The notes: a model not told the origin generated them from the letters alone. A stretch of DNA of 64,000 nucleotides from Candidatus Omnitrophota bacterium (GCA_022711115.1 JAKLFP010000001.1:5183-69182); one strand, 5' to 3'; numbered from the stretch's first letter, positions 37,749-47,146 are shown. Program-made: numbers and translations.

Positions 37749-39218
37749 TCAGCTCTTTGCGATATTAAAAGGACGACGCTTCACCGTTTCGTAGAGCTGT
37801 TCATATTTCTTTGCCGATGCCGTCCAAGAAAAATCGCTTTCCATCGCGTTCTCCACAAGCGTTTTCCAAAGCTTTTCCTGCTTAAAAATCTTCAAGGCCC
37901 GGCGGATCACGGCAAGAAGCGCTTCACTCGAATAATCCTCAAAAAGAAAACCATTCCCTTGATGCAACACGGGATCGAATTCCTGGATCGTGTCCGCCAA
38001 TCCTCCGACCGCCCGACCGATCGGAACGGCACCATAGCGCAATCCGATAAGCTGTCCTAGACCACATGGCTCATAATAAGACGGGAACAGGAACATATCC
38101 GATCCCGCATAGATCTTCTTTGCCAATTTCGCATCAAAAAGAATATGGACCCCCAACCATTTTTTATTCTTTTTGGCAAGATCGCGAAGGATCTGATGAT
38201 ATTTTTCATCACCGGTCCCAAGCACAACCAGTTGCATGTTTTCTTGCGCCAGTTGGTCCAAAATAGGGATCAGGATCTCTAAACCCTTTTGGTCCACAAG
38301 ACGAGCTACAAAACCTATCAACGGAATGTTTTCATCCGTTTTAAAACCGTTTTCTTTCTGAAGTACCGCCTTGTTGACTTTTTTGGGAGAAACATTTCGA
38401 ACGCTGTATTGAGCATCAATATCCCGATCCGTTTCCGGATCCCAATCCTTCGGGTCGATCCCATTGATGATCCCCGTCACACTTTCTTTGCGCGCAGTCA
38501 ACACACCTTCCATGCCGCACCCGAACTCTTTGGTCTGGATCTCCCGGCTGTAACGTTCGCTCACCGTCGTCACGGCATCGGCGAAAACCAAACCTCCTTT
38601 CAAAAAGCTGAACTTTCCGTAAAATTCCAAAAAATCCGATTTGAAGAATTCCCATCCCAGCCCTGTCGCCAGAAAAGAATCGGGAGGGAAATTTCCCTGA
38701 TAGCCAAGGTTATGAATCGTAAAAATGCTCCGTGCTTTTTGGAACGGCGCATAATTCGCTTCCAGCGTTTTAAGATACACCGGAATAAATCCCGTCTGCC
38801 AATCATTGCAGTGAATGATGTCGGGCGCCAGCTTTAATTTTTCCACAGCCTTCAGCGTGGCCCGCTGAAAATACGTGAAACGGCGATCATTGTCCTGATA
38901 ATCTCCCAGCACAGTCCCGTAAAGTTCATCCCGCATAAAAAAGTCGGGGTGCTCCACAAAATAAACCTTCACCCCGTTGGCGAACTTTTTCATGAAAATA
39001 CGCGTCGCTTCAAGCTGGTTCCCGATAATGACCTCGAAATAATCAATGACCTTTTCGAGTTCCCATTGCTGGATGTCAATCGAGCGGTAGCGCGGCATAA
39101 AAACAGAGACATCGTGACCCAAACCACGGATCGCATTTGTCAGAGAGCCGATCACTTCGCCAAGCCCCCCTGTTTTGGCAAAGGGAGCCATTTCGGAAGT
39201 AACGAAGAGAATCTTCAC
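37749..39218 (-). CDS. glgA: glycogen (starch) synthase
   Basis: MKILFVTSEMAPFAKTGGLGEV GT5 N-terminus. 489 aa. Confidence 0.85.
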   Translation of the reverse strand: MKILFVTSEMAPFAKTGGLGEVIGSLTNAIRGLGHDVSVFMPRYRSIDIQQWELEKVIDYFEVIIGNQLEATRIFMKKFANGVKVYFVEHPDFFMRDELYGTVLGDYQDNDRRFTYFQRATLKAVEKLKLAPDIIHCNDWQTGFIPVYLKTLEANYAPFQKARSIFTIHNLGYQGNFPPDSFLATGLGWEFFKSDFLEFYGKFSFLKGGLVFADAVTTVSERYSREIQTKEFGCGMEGVLTARKESVTGIINGIDPKDWDPETDRDIDAQYSVRNVSPKKVNKAVLQKENGFKTDENIPLIGFVARLVDQKGLEILIPILDQLAQENMQLVVLGTGDEKYHQILRDLAKKNKKWLGVHILFDAKLAKKIYAGSDMFLFPSYYEPCGLGQLIGLRYGAVPIGRAVGGLADTIQEFDPVLHQGNGFLFEDYSSEALLAVIRRALKIFKQEKLWKTLVENAMESDFSWTASAKKYEQLYETVKRRPFNIAKS

Positions 39219-39246
39219 AGAATTTTAAATACCGGAAAGATTGTTC

Positions 39247-39555
39247 TTAGCGGACTTCAACAACGCAATTCCAACTGCCAAAAGCGTTGGGAACACACTC
39301 GACAGGCTCTTGAGCGCTTTGCCAATCACCGTCAACACAATAACGGTATTCATACCGCCCGGGAGCGAGTTTTACGGCCGCTTTCCAGTTCCCGTTCTCG
39401 TCTTTTTTGAGAGGGTTCTTTTCGGCCTTCCATCCGTTGAAGGTGCCACCGACACCGACTTTCTTGGACAACGGCGCATAAAATTTAAATTCAATTTCTT
39501 TTGCGCAGGTGGAGGTGCAACACTTTGAGGTACTTGCTTTTGCTACTCTTGCCAT
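39247..39555 (-). CDS. small standalone glycogen-binding-domain protein (CBM48 / AMPK-beta-GBD-like), Cys-rich N-terminus
   Basis: 102 aa. FKFYAPLSKKVGVGGTFNGW...WKAAVKLAPGRYEYRYCVDGDW matches the E-set/CBM48 fold motif. It lies immediately upstream of glgA on the same strand. Confidence 0.55.
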   Translation of the reverse strand: MARVAKASTSKCCTSTCAKEIEFKFYAPLSKKVGVGGTFNGWKAEKNPLKKDENGNWKAAVKLAPGRYEYRYCVDGDWQSAQEPVECVPNAFGSWNCVVEVR

Positions 39556-39639
39556 TTCAAAGCTCCTTCTTGTTGGATGATTTAATAGGGTGCACTATGA
39601 TAGTTGAAGTGAAAATAAGTATATATCAGAAAAAAGCGC

Positions 39640-39667
39640 TTGCCAAGAAACATCTCTTCACTATAAT
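39640..39667 (+). promoter_or_regulatory. promoter for rpmB: TTGCCA-16 nt-TATAAT, followed by a ~90-nt leader with a CCCGAC...GTCGGG hairpin
   Basis: Read from sequence: TTGCCAAGAAACATCTCTTCACTATAAT. Confidence 0.55.
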
Positions 39668-39759
39668 GAACGCCCTATCCCGACTTTAGATTGCTTTTAT
39701 TAAACGGTTGTCGGGATTGCCCCAATTTCAAAAAATTGAAATTGAAAGGTATTGGGACT

Positions 39760-40023
39760 ATGAGAACATGCGTCATCTGCCATAAAAAACCACTGACTGG
39801 AAATTCGATTGCGCGGCGCGGTCTTGCAAAAAAGACCGGCGGTATCGGTAAGAAAATCACCGGCATCACGCGCCGTCGTTTCTTCCCGAATCTCCAGAGG
39901 GTGAAGGTTCTTTTCCCCAATGGAACAGTGCGGCGTGTGAATGTCTGCGTGAGTTGCCTGAAGGCCGGAAAGATCAAAAAAGCACCTTCGCGCCGTCTGG
40001 TCGAAGTTAAAGCCTCAGCTTAA
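39760..40023 (+). CDS. rpmB: 50S ribosomal protein L28
   Basis: MRTCVICHKKPLTGNSIARRGLAKKTGG...RRRFFPNLQRVKV... L28 family. Start trimmed by 23 codons from the track ORF. Confidence 0.8.
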   Translation: MRTCVICHKKPLTGNSIARRGLAKKTGGIGKKITGITRRRFFPNLQRVKVLFPNGTVRRVNVCVSCLKAGKIKKAPSRRLVEVKASA

Positions 40024-41783
40024 GCAGCGTTTTCCTTCAATTCTTTCACACTGAGGATGAGTGTTTTCATGCCATTCCACTGTTTCGTTTTTACACCGTA
40101 AGCTGCTTGAAAATTCGTTCCAGGTCGTGACCCCGTGCATAGAAGCATTTGGCTTTCATTGATCTGCGCCTGATAATTCAAAAAACCATCCGTCATAACA
40201 ATTTCGTACGTTTCGCCGTAAAGACGGCGGGGTTTGGACCGCAACTGAATTCCTTCACTTCTAAAAACCGGCCGCGGGTTACCGACTCCATAAGGCTCAA
40301 GAAGTTCGAGTTCTTCTAAAAAATGGTTCGTCAGCTCGCCAAGTTTTAAATCCATATCCACTTTGACGTATCGTGTCAATAATTCGGGCGAGAGATTTTC
40401 AGATGCAAAAGCATTGATCTTTTCACGCAAGAAAGAAATATTTTCTTCCCGGATCGTCAGACCCGCGGCTTGTTCATGTCCGCCGAATTCTTCAAGTAAT
40501 GATTCGCAATTTTGAAGCGCTTGGAAAAGATGAAAACCCTTCATAGAACGCCCGGAGCCGCGTCCCATGCCTTCGGCTATGGCAATCACGATCGCAGGTC
40601 TGGAAAATTTTTCCACAAGTCTCGAAGCCACGATCCCGATGACACCCACATGCCAGTCTTTCCCGTCCACAACCAGCACACGCTCCCGGTTGAAGTTCAC
40701 GGTCCGCTCGACCTTCTGGATAGCCGATCGCGTAATTTCTCTTTCATATTGCTGTCGGACTTTATTCTCTTCGTTCAGGATCTTTGCGAGACTTTCCGCC
40801 TCCCGAGGTTCTTCGGTTAAAAGCAACCGCAAAGCGGTGTCCGGCGAACTCATCCTCCCCGCCGCATTCAGCCGGGGCCCAAGAATAAATCCGACATGAC
40901 CGGTATCGACTTTGGTTGTTTTCATTTTTGCGATTTCCGCGAGCGCGGTAAGCCCCGCGCTTTTTTTGCCCGAAAGCATCTCGAGTCCTCTTCTAACGAG
41001 AATACGGTTTTCTCCTGTAAGAGGCGCGATATCACTGATCGTGGATAAAGTCACCAGATCAAGAAACTTGAAAGCCTGCTCGCCTAAAAGGGCCTGGCTC
41101 AATTTGAAAGCAAGCCCTGCCGCGGAAAGCTCTTTAAAAGGATAAGGACAATCGGGTTGAAGCGGGTTAAGGATCAGATGGGTATCCGGAAGTCCTTCAG
41201 GCGGCAAGCGATGGTGATCGATCACTACGACATCCAATCCCAAGGACTTGGCAATCTCAATTTCCCTTTTAGCGGTGATCCCGCAATCCACCGTCACGAT
41301 CAATCCCGCGCCGTCATGATAAGCTTTCCGGATCGCAGTTTCGCTGACACCGTACCCGTCGCGCTCCCGTTCCGGAAGAAAAGTCGTGACAATCCCGCCA
41401 AGTCTCTCAAGCGTCTGGACCATTAAAGCAACGCCCGTGATGCCGTCAACATCATAATCGCCGTGAAGAAAAATCTTCTCTTTGGTTTCCACCGCTTTTT
41501 CCAGGCGCGCCTTAACCTCACGCATGTTTTTCATCAGGAAAGGATCATGGAGGGATTCGAGACCGGAAAAAAGAAAGGACTCGATTTCCGAGTCCTTTCT
41601 CAAATTCCGTATTTCAAGAAGGCGACGAAATGCCAGGCTAAAATTTTGCGCGGTCTGAACCACCTTAGTCGCGGGCTTTCCAATCCGCCGCCAGAGCCGA
41701 AGCAACGAATACGGACGAATAAATACCAACCACAAACCCGACGAACAAAATGAATGCAAAATCCGCAATCGCACTGCCTCCAA
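40020..41783 (-). CDS. recJ: single-stranded-DNA-specific exonuclease RecJ
   Basis: DHH motifs LHGDYDVDGITG, VTVDCG, VVVIDHH and the DHHA1 region. The ATG at 41783 overlaps the secDF 3' end by 119 nt, so the true start may be a downstream alternative codon. Confidence 0.8.
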   Translation of the reverse strand: MEAVRLRILHSFCSSGLWLVFIRPYSLLRLWRRIGKPATKVVQTAQNFSLAFRRLLEIRNLRKDSEIESFLFSGLESLHDPFLMKNMREVKARLEKAVETKEKIFLHGDYDVDGITGVALMVQTLERLGGIVTTFLPERERDGYGVSETAIRKAYHDGAGLIVTVDCGITAKREIEIAKSLGLDVVVIDHHRLPPEGLPDTHLILNPLQPDCPYPFKELSAAGLAFKLSQALLGEQAFKFLDLVTLSTISDIAPLTGENRILVRRGLEMLSGKKSAGLTALAEIAKMKTTKVDTGHVGFILGPRLNAAGRMSSPDTALRLLLTEEPREAESLAKILNEENKVRQQYEREITRSAIQKVERTVNFNRERVLVVDGKDWHVGVIGIVASRLVEKFSRPAIVIAIAEGMGRGSGRSMKGFHLFQALQNCESLLEEFGGHEQAAGLTIREENISFLREKINAFASENLSPELLTRYVKVDMDLKLGELTNHFLEELELLEPYGVGNPRPVFRSEGIQLRSKPRRLYGETYEIVMTDGFLNYQAQINESQMLLCTGSRPGTNFQAAYGVKTKQWNGMKTLILSVKELKENAA

Positions 41784-43839
41784 AGAACAATAGCGAGAGT
41801 GAACCGAAAATAACCGCCAAACCGGTCAGTATCGTACGACCGAGTGTTTGGTTGATGCTAAGGTTGACAATCTCATAGAACGAAGCCTTGCGCATCAATT
41901 TCCGGTTGTCCCGAATGCGGTCGAAAGTCACGATCGTGTCATTGACCGAATAACCCATGATCGTCAAAACCGCCGCAATCGTCGCCAGATTGATCTCCCG
42001 CCCGGTAAACGCATAGAGACCGAACGTGAACAGCGTGTCATGGATCAAGGCCAGCACCGCCGCCAGAGCGAGTTTCCATTCAAACCGCCAGCCCAGATAG
42101 ATCAAGATCCCAAGCGAAGACCATATGACCGCCCAAAAAGCCTTGTCCCGAAGTGAGCCGCTTACTGAAGGACCTACCTGGTCCACGCGCTTGATTTCAA
42201 AATTTTCTTTTCCCACTAACGCACGGGCCGCCGATTCAATCTTGCCAGGATTTCCTTCGTTCATTTTAAGGATATATTCATAATTCTTGACGTCTCCAAA
42301 CCTCTGCAGAGTGAAGGCCTTGAGACCTTCCTTTTCAAGCAATGACCTGAATTTCGCCTGATCGATATCCTGTTTAAATCCTACCTGAACAAAAGTGCCT
42401 CCTGTAAATTCCACACCATAATTTTCCTGACCCCGCATGACAAAAGCTGAGATCCCGAGGACAAGACAGATCACGGAAAAAACATAGGCCCACCGCCGCT
42501 TCGCAAGAAAAGCGACATTAGGACTTTTAAAGAATTGAAGCATCTTTAAATTCATATTTGGGTTTTTCTTGGCCAGATAATCAAAAATGACCCGCGTAAC
42601 AAAGATCGCCGAAAACATGCTGGCAATGATACCGATGCTCAGCGTAACGGCAAACCCTTGGATCGGTCCTGTCCCGAAGATAAAAAGAAGGACCGAAGTG
42701 ATCAAGGTTGTTACATTGGAATCCAAAATGGCCGAAAAAGCGCGGTGATAACCCGCGGAAATCGCAGCGCGGGCTCCTTTTCCCGTTTGTATCTCTTCTC
42801 TCATTCTCTCAAAGATAAGGATGTTCGCATCAACCGCCATACCGATGGACAAAATAAAACCCGCAATACCGGGCATCGTCAGCGTCGCCCCGAAAGCGGC
42901 CATGCCTCCGACCACCAAAATAACATAAACAATCAACCCAATATTCGCGATCCACCCGCAAAAAAAATAATAAACCGGCATAAATATAACGACAAAAAGA
43001 ACGCCGATAAGGCTGGCACGCATGCCGCTTTCTATAGAATCCTTGCCCAAACTGGGCCCGACTGTTCTTTCTTCCGCAACGATGACAGGGGCAGGCAATG
43101 CGCCGGCACGAAGCACAAGCGCCAGATCACTGGCTTCTTCCGCCTTGAAATTCCCGGAAATTTGTGCTTTTCCGTTGGGGATTCGGTCACGGATCACCGG
43201 AGCAGAATAAACCTGACCGTCCAGCACAATCGCCAGACGCTTGCCGATATTTTGGAAGGTCACTTTATCAAAAATCTTGCCGCCTTCCCGGTCCAATGTC
43301 AGAGAGACAATCGCCTGACCGTACTGATCAAAACTTACCGTTGCCGTAGTCAAATGTTCCCCTGTCAATGCCGCCTTCACGTCCATGAGCACCATTTCCT
43401 CATTCGGGCTCCCTTTGACCTTCCGATATTCATAGCCTTCCGGAACTTTCCCTTCGTCGGCCTTTTTGATCAACTCGGCATCTTCAGAGACGAGCTTGAA
43501 TTCCAGGTGAGCGGCCTTTCCGGCGATTTCCTTGGCCCGCTCGCGGTCGGTAACACCCGGTAATTTCACCACCACTTGATCTTTGCCCTGTGTGGAAATG
43601 TCTGGTTCTTTGACGCCGAATTCATCAATGCGGTTCCGGATGATCTCCGCGACCCGTTCCGTCACATCTTTGCGGGCTTCTTCGGGCACTTTGTCCATAT
43701 CGACCTGAAGCAGAAGCTGGATGCCTCCCTGAAGATCCAGACCTAAACTGATTTTCTGATCAGGCGGGTAAGCCTTCCAAAGTGAAAAAACAACCAGCCC
43801 AATAATGAGAAGTACTTTCCATTTATAATATTTGTCCAT
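41665..43839 (-). CDS. secDF: fused protein-export membrane protein SecD-SecF
   Basis: 724 aa. SecD N-terminal TM plus periplasmic domain (GLDLQGGIQLLLQ), then 12 TM segments typical of a SecD/SecF fusion. Confidence 0.85.
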   Translation of the reverse strand: MDKYYKWKVLLIIGLVVFSLWKAYPPDQKISLGLDLQGGIQLLLQVDMDKVPEEARKDVTERVAEIIRNRIDEFGVKEPDISTQGKDQVVVKLPGVTDRERAKEIAGKAAHLEFKLVSEDAELIKKADEGKVPEGYEYRKVKGSPNEEMVLMDVKAALTGEHLTTATVSFDQYGQAIVSLTLDREGGKIFDKVTFQNIGKRLAIVLDGQVYSAPVIRDRIPNGKAQISGNFKAEEASDLALVLRAGALPAPVIVAEERTVGPSLGKDSIESGMRASLIGVLFVVIFMPVYYFFCGWIANIGLIVYVILVVGGMAAFGATLTMPGIAGFILSIGMAVDANILIFERMREEIQTGKGARAAISAGYHRAFSAILDSNVTTLITSVLLFIFGTGPIQGFAVTLSIGIIASMFSAIFVTRVIFDYLAKKNPNMNLKMLQFFKSPNVAFLAKRRWAYVFSVICLVLGISAFVMRGQENYGVEFTGGTFVQVGFKQDIDQAKFRSLLEKEGLKAFTLQRFGDVKNYEYILKMNEGNPGKIESAARALVGKENFEIKRVDQVGPSVSGSLRDKAFWAVIWSSLGILIYLGWRFEWKLALAAVLALIHDTLFTFGLYAFTGREINLATIAAVLTIMGYSVNDTIVTFDRIRDNRKLMRKASFYEIVNLSINQTLGRTILTGLAVIFGSLSLLFFGGSAIADFAFILFVGFVVGIYSSVFVASALAADWKARD

Positions 43840-43848
43840 GCTCTGCTC

Positions 43849-44163
43849 CTATGTGCGCAGTCCAATAATGGCGCTTTTAAGAACCTCGATTTTAGTAGTA
43901 TCCGAATCACCGACCTTTAAAACCAAATAATCATTCTGAATCCCAGTGATCACTCCGATAATGCCTCCCGAGGTGATCACGCGATCGCCCTTTTTGAGAT
44001 TCGCGATCATATTTTGCAATTCTTTTTGCTTTTTTTGCTGTGGGCGTATCATGAAAAAATAAAGAATGCCAAACATAATAAGATACATCGGTAGAAAAGC
44101 CATGATCGAGCCCCCTTGGCCCGCCGGCACTCCATCTGCTGCATAAGCAATTTGTTCGAACAT
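43849..44163 (-). CDS. yajC: preprotein translocase subunit YajC
   Basis: 104 aa. Single TM then IRPQQKKQKELQNMIANLKKGDRVITSGGIIGVI typical of YajC. Confidence 0.8.
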   Translation of the reverse strand: MFEQIAYAADGVPAGQGGSIMAFLPMYLIMFGILYFFMIRPQQKKQKELQNMIANLKKGDRVITSGGIIGVITGIQNDYLVLKVGDSDTTKIEVLKSAIIGLRT

Positions 44164-44193
44164 AAAAATTCCTTTCTTTCTAGGGATTATCCC

Positions 44194-45315
44194 CTACCTT
44201 GTTTCCGGATCAAACCGGTTAAAAAACGCTTTTTTGAACTGCAGGAACCGGCCTTGCCGGATCTTGGCCCGCATATTCTTTACTAAGTTTACGAAAAAAT
44301 GAACATTATGCAAGGTAATCAATTCAGCTCCCAGGATCTCATGGCTGTTCACCAGATGCCTCAGATACGCCCGGGAAAAGTTGCGGCAGGTGTAACAGGC
44401 GCAATCTTTCTGGATCGGAGCCGCGTCTTTCTGATATTTCCCGTTGCGCACCACCACCAATCCGTCACTGGTAAAAGCCGTTCCGTTCCTCCCGTAGCGT
44501 GTCGGGTTCACACAATCGAACATGTCCGCGCCGCGCTCCACAGCCTCGAAAAAATCAAGCGGCGTTCCCACCCCCATCAGGTATCTCGGCCGATCGGTGG
44601 GCATCATCGGTAGTATTTCATCCAGAACGCTGAGCATTTCCGGTTTCGGTTCGCCGACACTTAGGCCTCCAAGTGCGTAGCCGTCAAACCCGATCTCAAG
44701 TGTTCGTTCCAGCGATTCTCTTCTCAGATCTCTGAAAGTCCCGCCTTGCACGATACCAAAGAGAGCCTGCGAGCTGAGCTTGTGGTGCTTCTTCGCGCGT
44801 CTGGCCCATCGCAGGGTTATATGAACGGCTTTTTCGATCACGGCTTTATCTTTTGTTGCCGCAGGGCATTCGTCAAAGATCATCGCGATATCGCTTCCAA
44901 GCGCTTCCTGGATTTCAATGACTTTTTCCGGAGTAAGAAATATCTCGCGGCCGTCAAAATGAGAATTGAATTTTACGCCTTCCTCAGAAATACTCCGGAG
45001 TTTGCTCAGCGAGAAAACCTGATAACCGCCACTGTCTGTAAGGATCGGGCCGTCCCAGGCCATAAACTTGTGAAGCCCTTTGAGTTTTCGGATGATCTCT
45101 GTCCCCGGACGAATGTAAAGGTGATAGGCATTGGAGAGCAGAATCTCAGTCCCGGCATCTTTGAGATCGCGCGGCATCAACGCCTTGACGGTCCCCTGCG
45201 TCCCGACCGGCATGAAAACCGGCGTCTCAAACGTCCCGTGCGGTGTCGTCACTTTCCCGACCCGCGCCTTGCATTTTTTATCTATGGTGATTAATTTAAA
45301 TCCGAATTTCTTCAT
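44194..45315 (-). CDS. tgt: queuine tRNA-ribosyltransferase
   Basis: TPVFMPVGTQGTVK and DSGGYQVFSL motifs, C-terminal zinc site CxCxxC...H. Confidence 0.9.
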   Translation of the reverse strand: MKKFGFKLITIDKKCKARVGKVTTPHGTFETPVFMPVGTQGTVKALMPRDLKDAGTEILLSNAYHLYIRPGTEIIRKLKGLHKFMAWDGPILTDSGGYQVFSLSKLRSISEEGVKFNSHFDGREIFLTPEKVIEIQEALGSDIAMIFDECPAATKDKAVIEKAVHITLRWARRAKKHHKLSSQALFGIVQGGTFRDLRRESLERTLEIGFDGYALGGLSVGEPKPEMLSVLDEILPMMPTDRPRYLMGVGTPLDFFEAVERGADMFDCVNPTRYGRNGTAFTSDGLVVVRNGKYQKDAAPIQKDCACYTCRNFSRAYLRHLVNSHEILGAELITLHNVHFFVNLVKNMRAKIRQGRFLQFKKAFFNRFDPETR

Positions 45316-45319
45316 AGTT

Positions 45320-45482
45320 CCTCTAGAAAATGGGCATCACGTCGCCGCCCTAAAGAACGGCTTGTCAAATCAGCTTATGAACATTGCCGTGTCGTAGACG
45401 TCTTTCCTTTTAAAGTCACGACACGGTACTTATCCATTGAGGATAAGTGCCTCGCCGCCCTGATCTCAATAAAAACTAGAGG
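45320..45482. repeat. structured intergenic element between queA and tgt: 7-bp terminal inverted repeats (CCTCTAG/CTAGAGG), internal 10-bp direct repeat (AGGGCGGCGA x2, 110 bp apart) and two hairpins (9-bp and 7-bp stems)
   Basis: Terminal inverted repeats at 45320-45326/45476-45482, direct repeat at 45342-45351 and 45452-45461, and the two stems were all read directly from the sequence (coordinates in the finding for this element). Confidence 0.5.
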
Positions 45483-45504
45483 TGATCAGGACGGTTCGCC
45501 ATGC

Positions 45505-46542
45505 TCAACTGATAAGCATGGCATCACCGTAACTCGCAAAACGGTAATCTGAGCTCAGGGCCTCATGATAAGCGGCCATCATTTTATCGTATCCTAAAAA
45601 TGCCGCAACCATCACAAGCAACGTGCTTTTGGGCATGTGAAAGTTCGTGATCAATCCGTCCATGACCTTAAAATCATACGGCGAATGGATAAAAATAGAG
45701 GTTTTGCTTTTTTGGGCAATCACCTCGCCCTTCCCTGCCGCAGAAGATTCCAATGCCCGCACACAAGTCGTCCCGCAAACGATAACGCGGCGGCCTTCGC
45801 GCTTTGCTTGGTTGATTTTTAACGCAGCATCCGGCAAGATCTCATACTCTTCTTCGAACATCCGGTGTTCTTCGATCTTCTCCACGGCAATCGGCTGGAA
45901 AGTCCCGTAACTCACATGAAGCGTGATGGGAACGATCTGAACCCCTTTCGCCTCAATCTCTGTCAGAAGAGCTTCATCGAAATGAAGTCCCGCTGTCGGC
46001 GAAGCCACCGCCCCTTCGGTTTTTGCGAACACAGTCTGATACATGCTCCGGTCGATCTCGAGATCTTCCCGGTCGATATAAGGTGGTAACGGAATATGCC
46101 CCAGTTTTGTGATCTTTTCTTTTACTTCGGTCCCGATGAATTTGATAAAGCGCTGGCCGGAATCCGGAACGGGTTTCGTGATCACCTCCGCCGCAAGTTC
46201 AACGCCGTCCGAGCCGAAATCGATCCTCTGTCCTTCCCTAACCCGACCGCCGGGTTTCAGCAAGGTTTGCCAAATGTTCTCGCCGATTTCTTTTAAAAGA
46301 AGCGCCTCAATCCGCCCGCCGGTCACTTTTTTTCCAAAAAGCCGCGCGGACAAAACTTTGGTATTGTTCAAAACAAGAACATCCGTTGGCTTCAAAAAGC
46401 TTGGAAGGTCACGAAAAATCCGGTGCGCGCAAACTCCCGTTTTCTTATCCACACACAGCAACTTGGCATCCGTTCTATTCTGAGAAGGAAATAAAGCTAT
46501 TTTTTCTTTGGGCAAAGGATAATCGAAATCGGAAAGTTTCAC
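45505..46542 (-). CDS. queA: S-adenosylmethionine:tRNA ribosyltransferase-isomerase
   Basis: MKLSDFDYPLPKEKIALFP... and the conserved TGG..HFDE, CGTTCVRALES blocks. Confidence 0.9.
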   Translation of the reverse strand: MKLSDFDYPLPKEKIALFPSQNRTDAKLLCVDKKTGVCAHRIFRDLPSFLKPTDVLVLNNTKVLSARLFGKKVTGGRIEALLLKEIGENIWQTLLKPGGRVREGQRIDFGSDGVELAAEVITKPVPDSGQRFIKFIGTEVKEKITKLGHIPLPPYIDREDLEIDRSMYQTVFAKTEGAVASPTAGLHFDEALLTEIEAKGVQIVPITLHVSYGTFQPIAVEKIEEHRMFEEEYEILPDAALKINQAKREGRRVIVCGTTCVRALESSAAGKGEVIAQKSKTSIFIHSPYDFKVMDGLITNFHMPKSTLLVMVAAFLGYDKMMAAYHEALSSDYRFASYGDAMLIS

Positions 46543-46548
46543 TGAAAT

Positions 46549-47121
46549 TTAGCCTTGGAGATTTCTAACGACCGCGGGAATCGTTGACGCAAATTGCATC
46601 TGTTTCGGGATTTTCACTGAAGGATCTTTTTTAAGAAATTGCACCAAGACACGAAGCCGTTTCCCGATAAGAATGATCGGTCTATCAAGTAAGCCTTTGT
46701 TCGTCATTTCCCAGATAAAAAAGAGTTCGTTGAGCGTTCCCGTCGCACCGTCCAGAAAGATATAGGCGTCCCCCATGTCAACCAGCTTGAAAAGCCGGGC
46801 CTGCCAGAACGGCATCCGGATTTCTCGGTCAATCCAAGGATTTTTGGAACGCAAGCCCCGTTGCTTAACCGTTTTGACACCGGGTCTCGAAACATTGAGA
46901 CCCGGTGTCAAATGCGGTAATTTTTTAATTGTGATTCCTATATTTTTTCCTCCGGCTTCATGACAGCCGCGGGCTACGGCTTCCATCACGCCGCCATAGC
47001 CTCCGTGACAAATTTTAAACCCAGCTTTAGCGAGCAAAGCGCCAAGCTTTATCGCCTGTTGGTAGGTCGCGTGATCGGATTTGACGGTGCCGCTCCCCAA
47101 AACTGCAATACAACGAACCAT
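46549..47121 (-). CDS. LOG-family protein (TIGR00730; cytokinin-riboside-5'-monophosphate phosphoribohydrolase / 'lysine decarboxylase-like' Rossmann fold)
   Basis: IAVLGSG...HGGYGGVMEA...DGATGTLNEL motifs (GGxGxMEA and PGGxGT-like). Start trimmed to MVRCIAV (ATG 47121) because the track ORF's 114-codon N-extension overlaps the upstream gene. Confidence 0.7.
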   Translation of the reverse strand: MVRCIAVLGSGTVKSDHATYQQAIKLGALLAKAGFKICHGGYGGVMEAVARGCHEAGGKNIGITIKKLPHLTPGLNVSRPGVKTVKQRGLRSKNPWIDREIRMPFWQARLFKLVDMGDAYIFLDGATGTLNELFFIWEMTNKGLLDRPIILIGKRLRVLVQFLKKDPSVKIPKQMQFASTIPAVVRNLQG

Positions 47122-47146
47122 TTCATCTGCGTAGGTTGAATCGGTT

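Noticed and set aside
45316-45504. preQ1 riboswitch upstream of tgt
   Set aside because: No match to the preQ1-I aptamer consensus (AGAGGTTCTAGCTACACCCTCTATAAAAAACTAA-like) or to a preQ1-II/III architecture. Kept only as an unclassified structured element.
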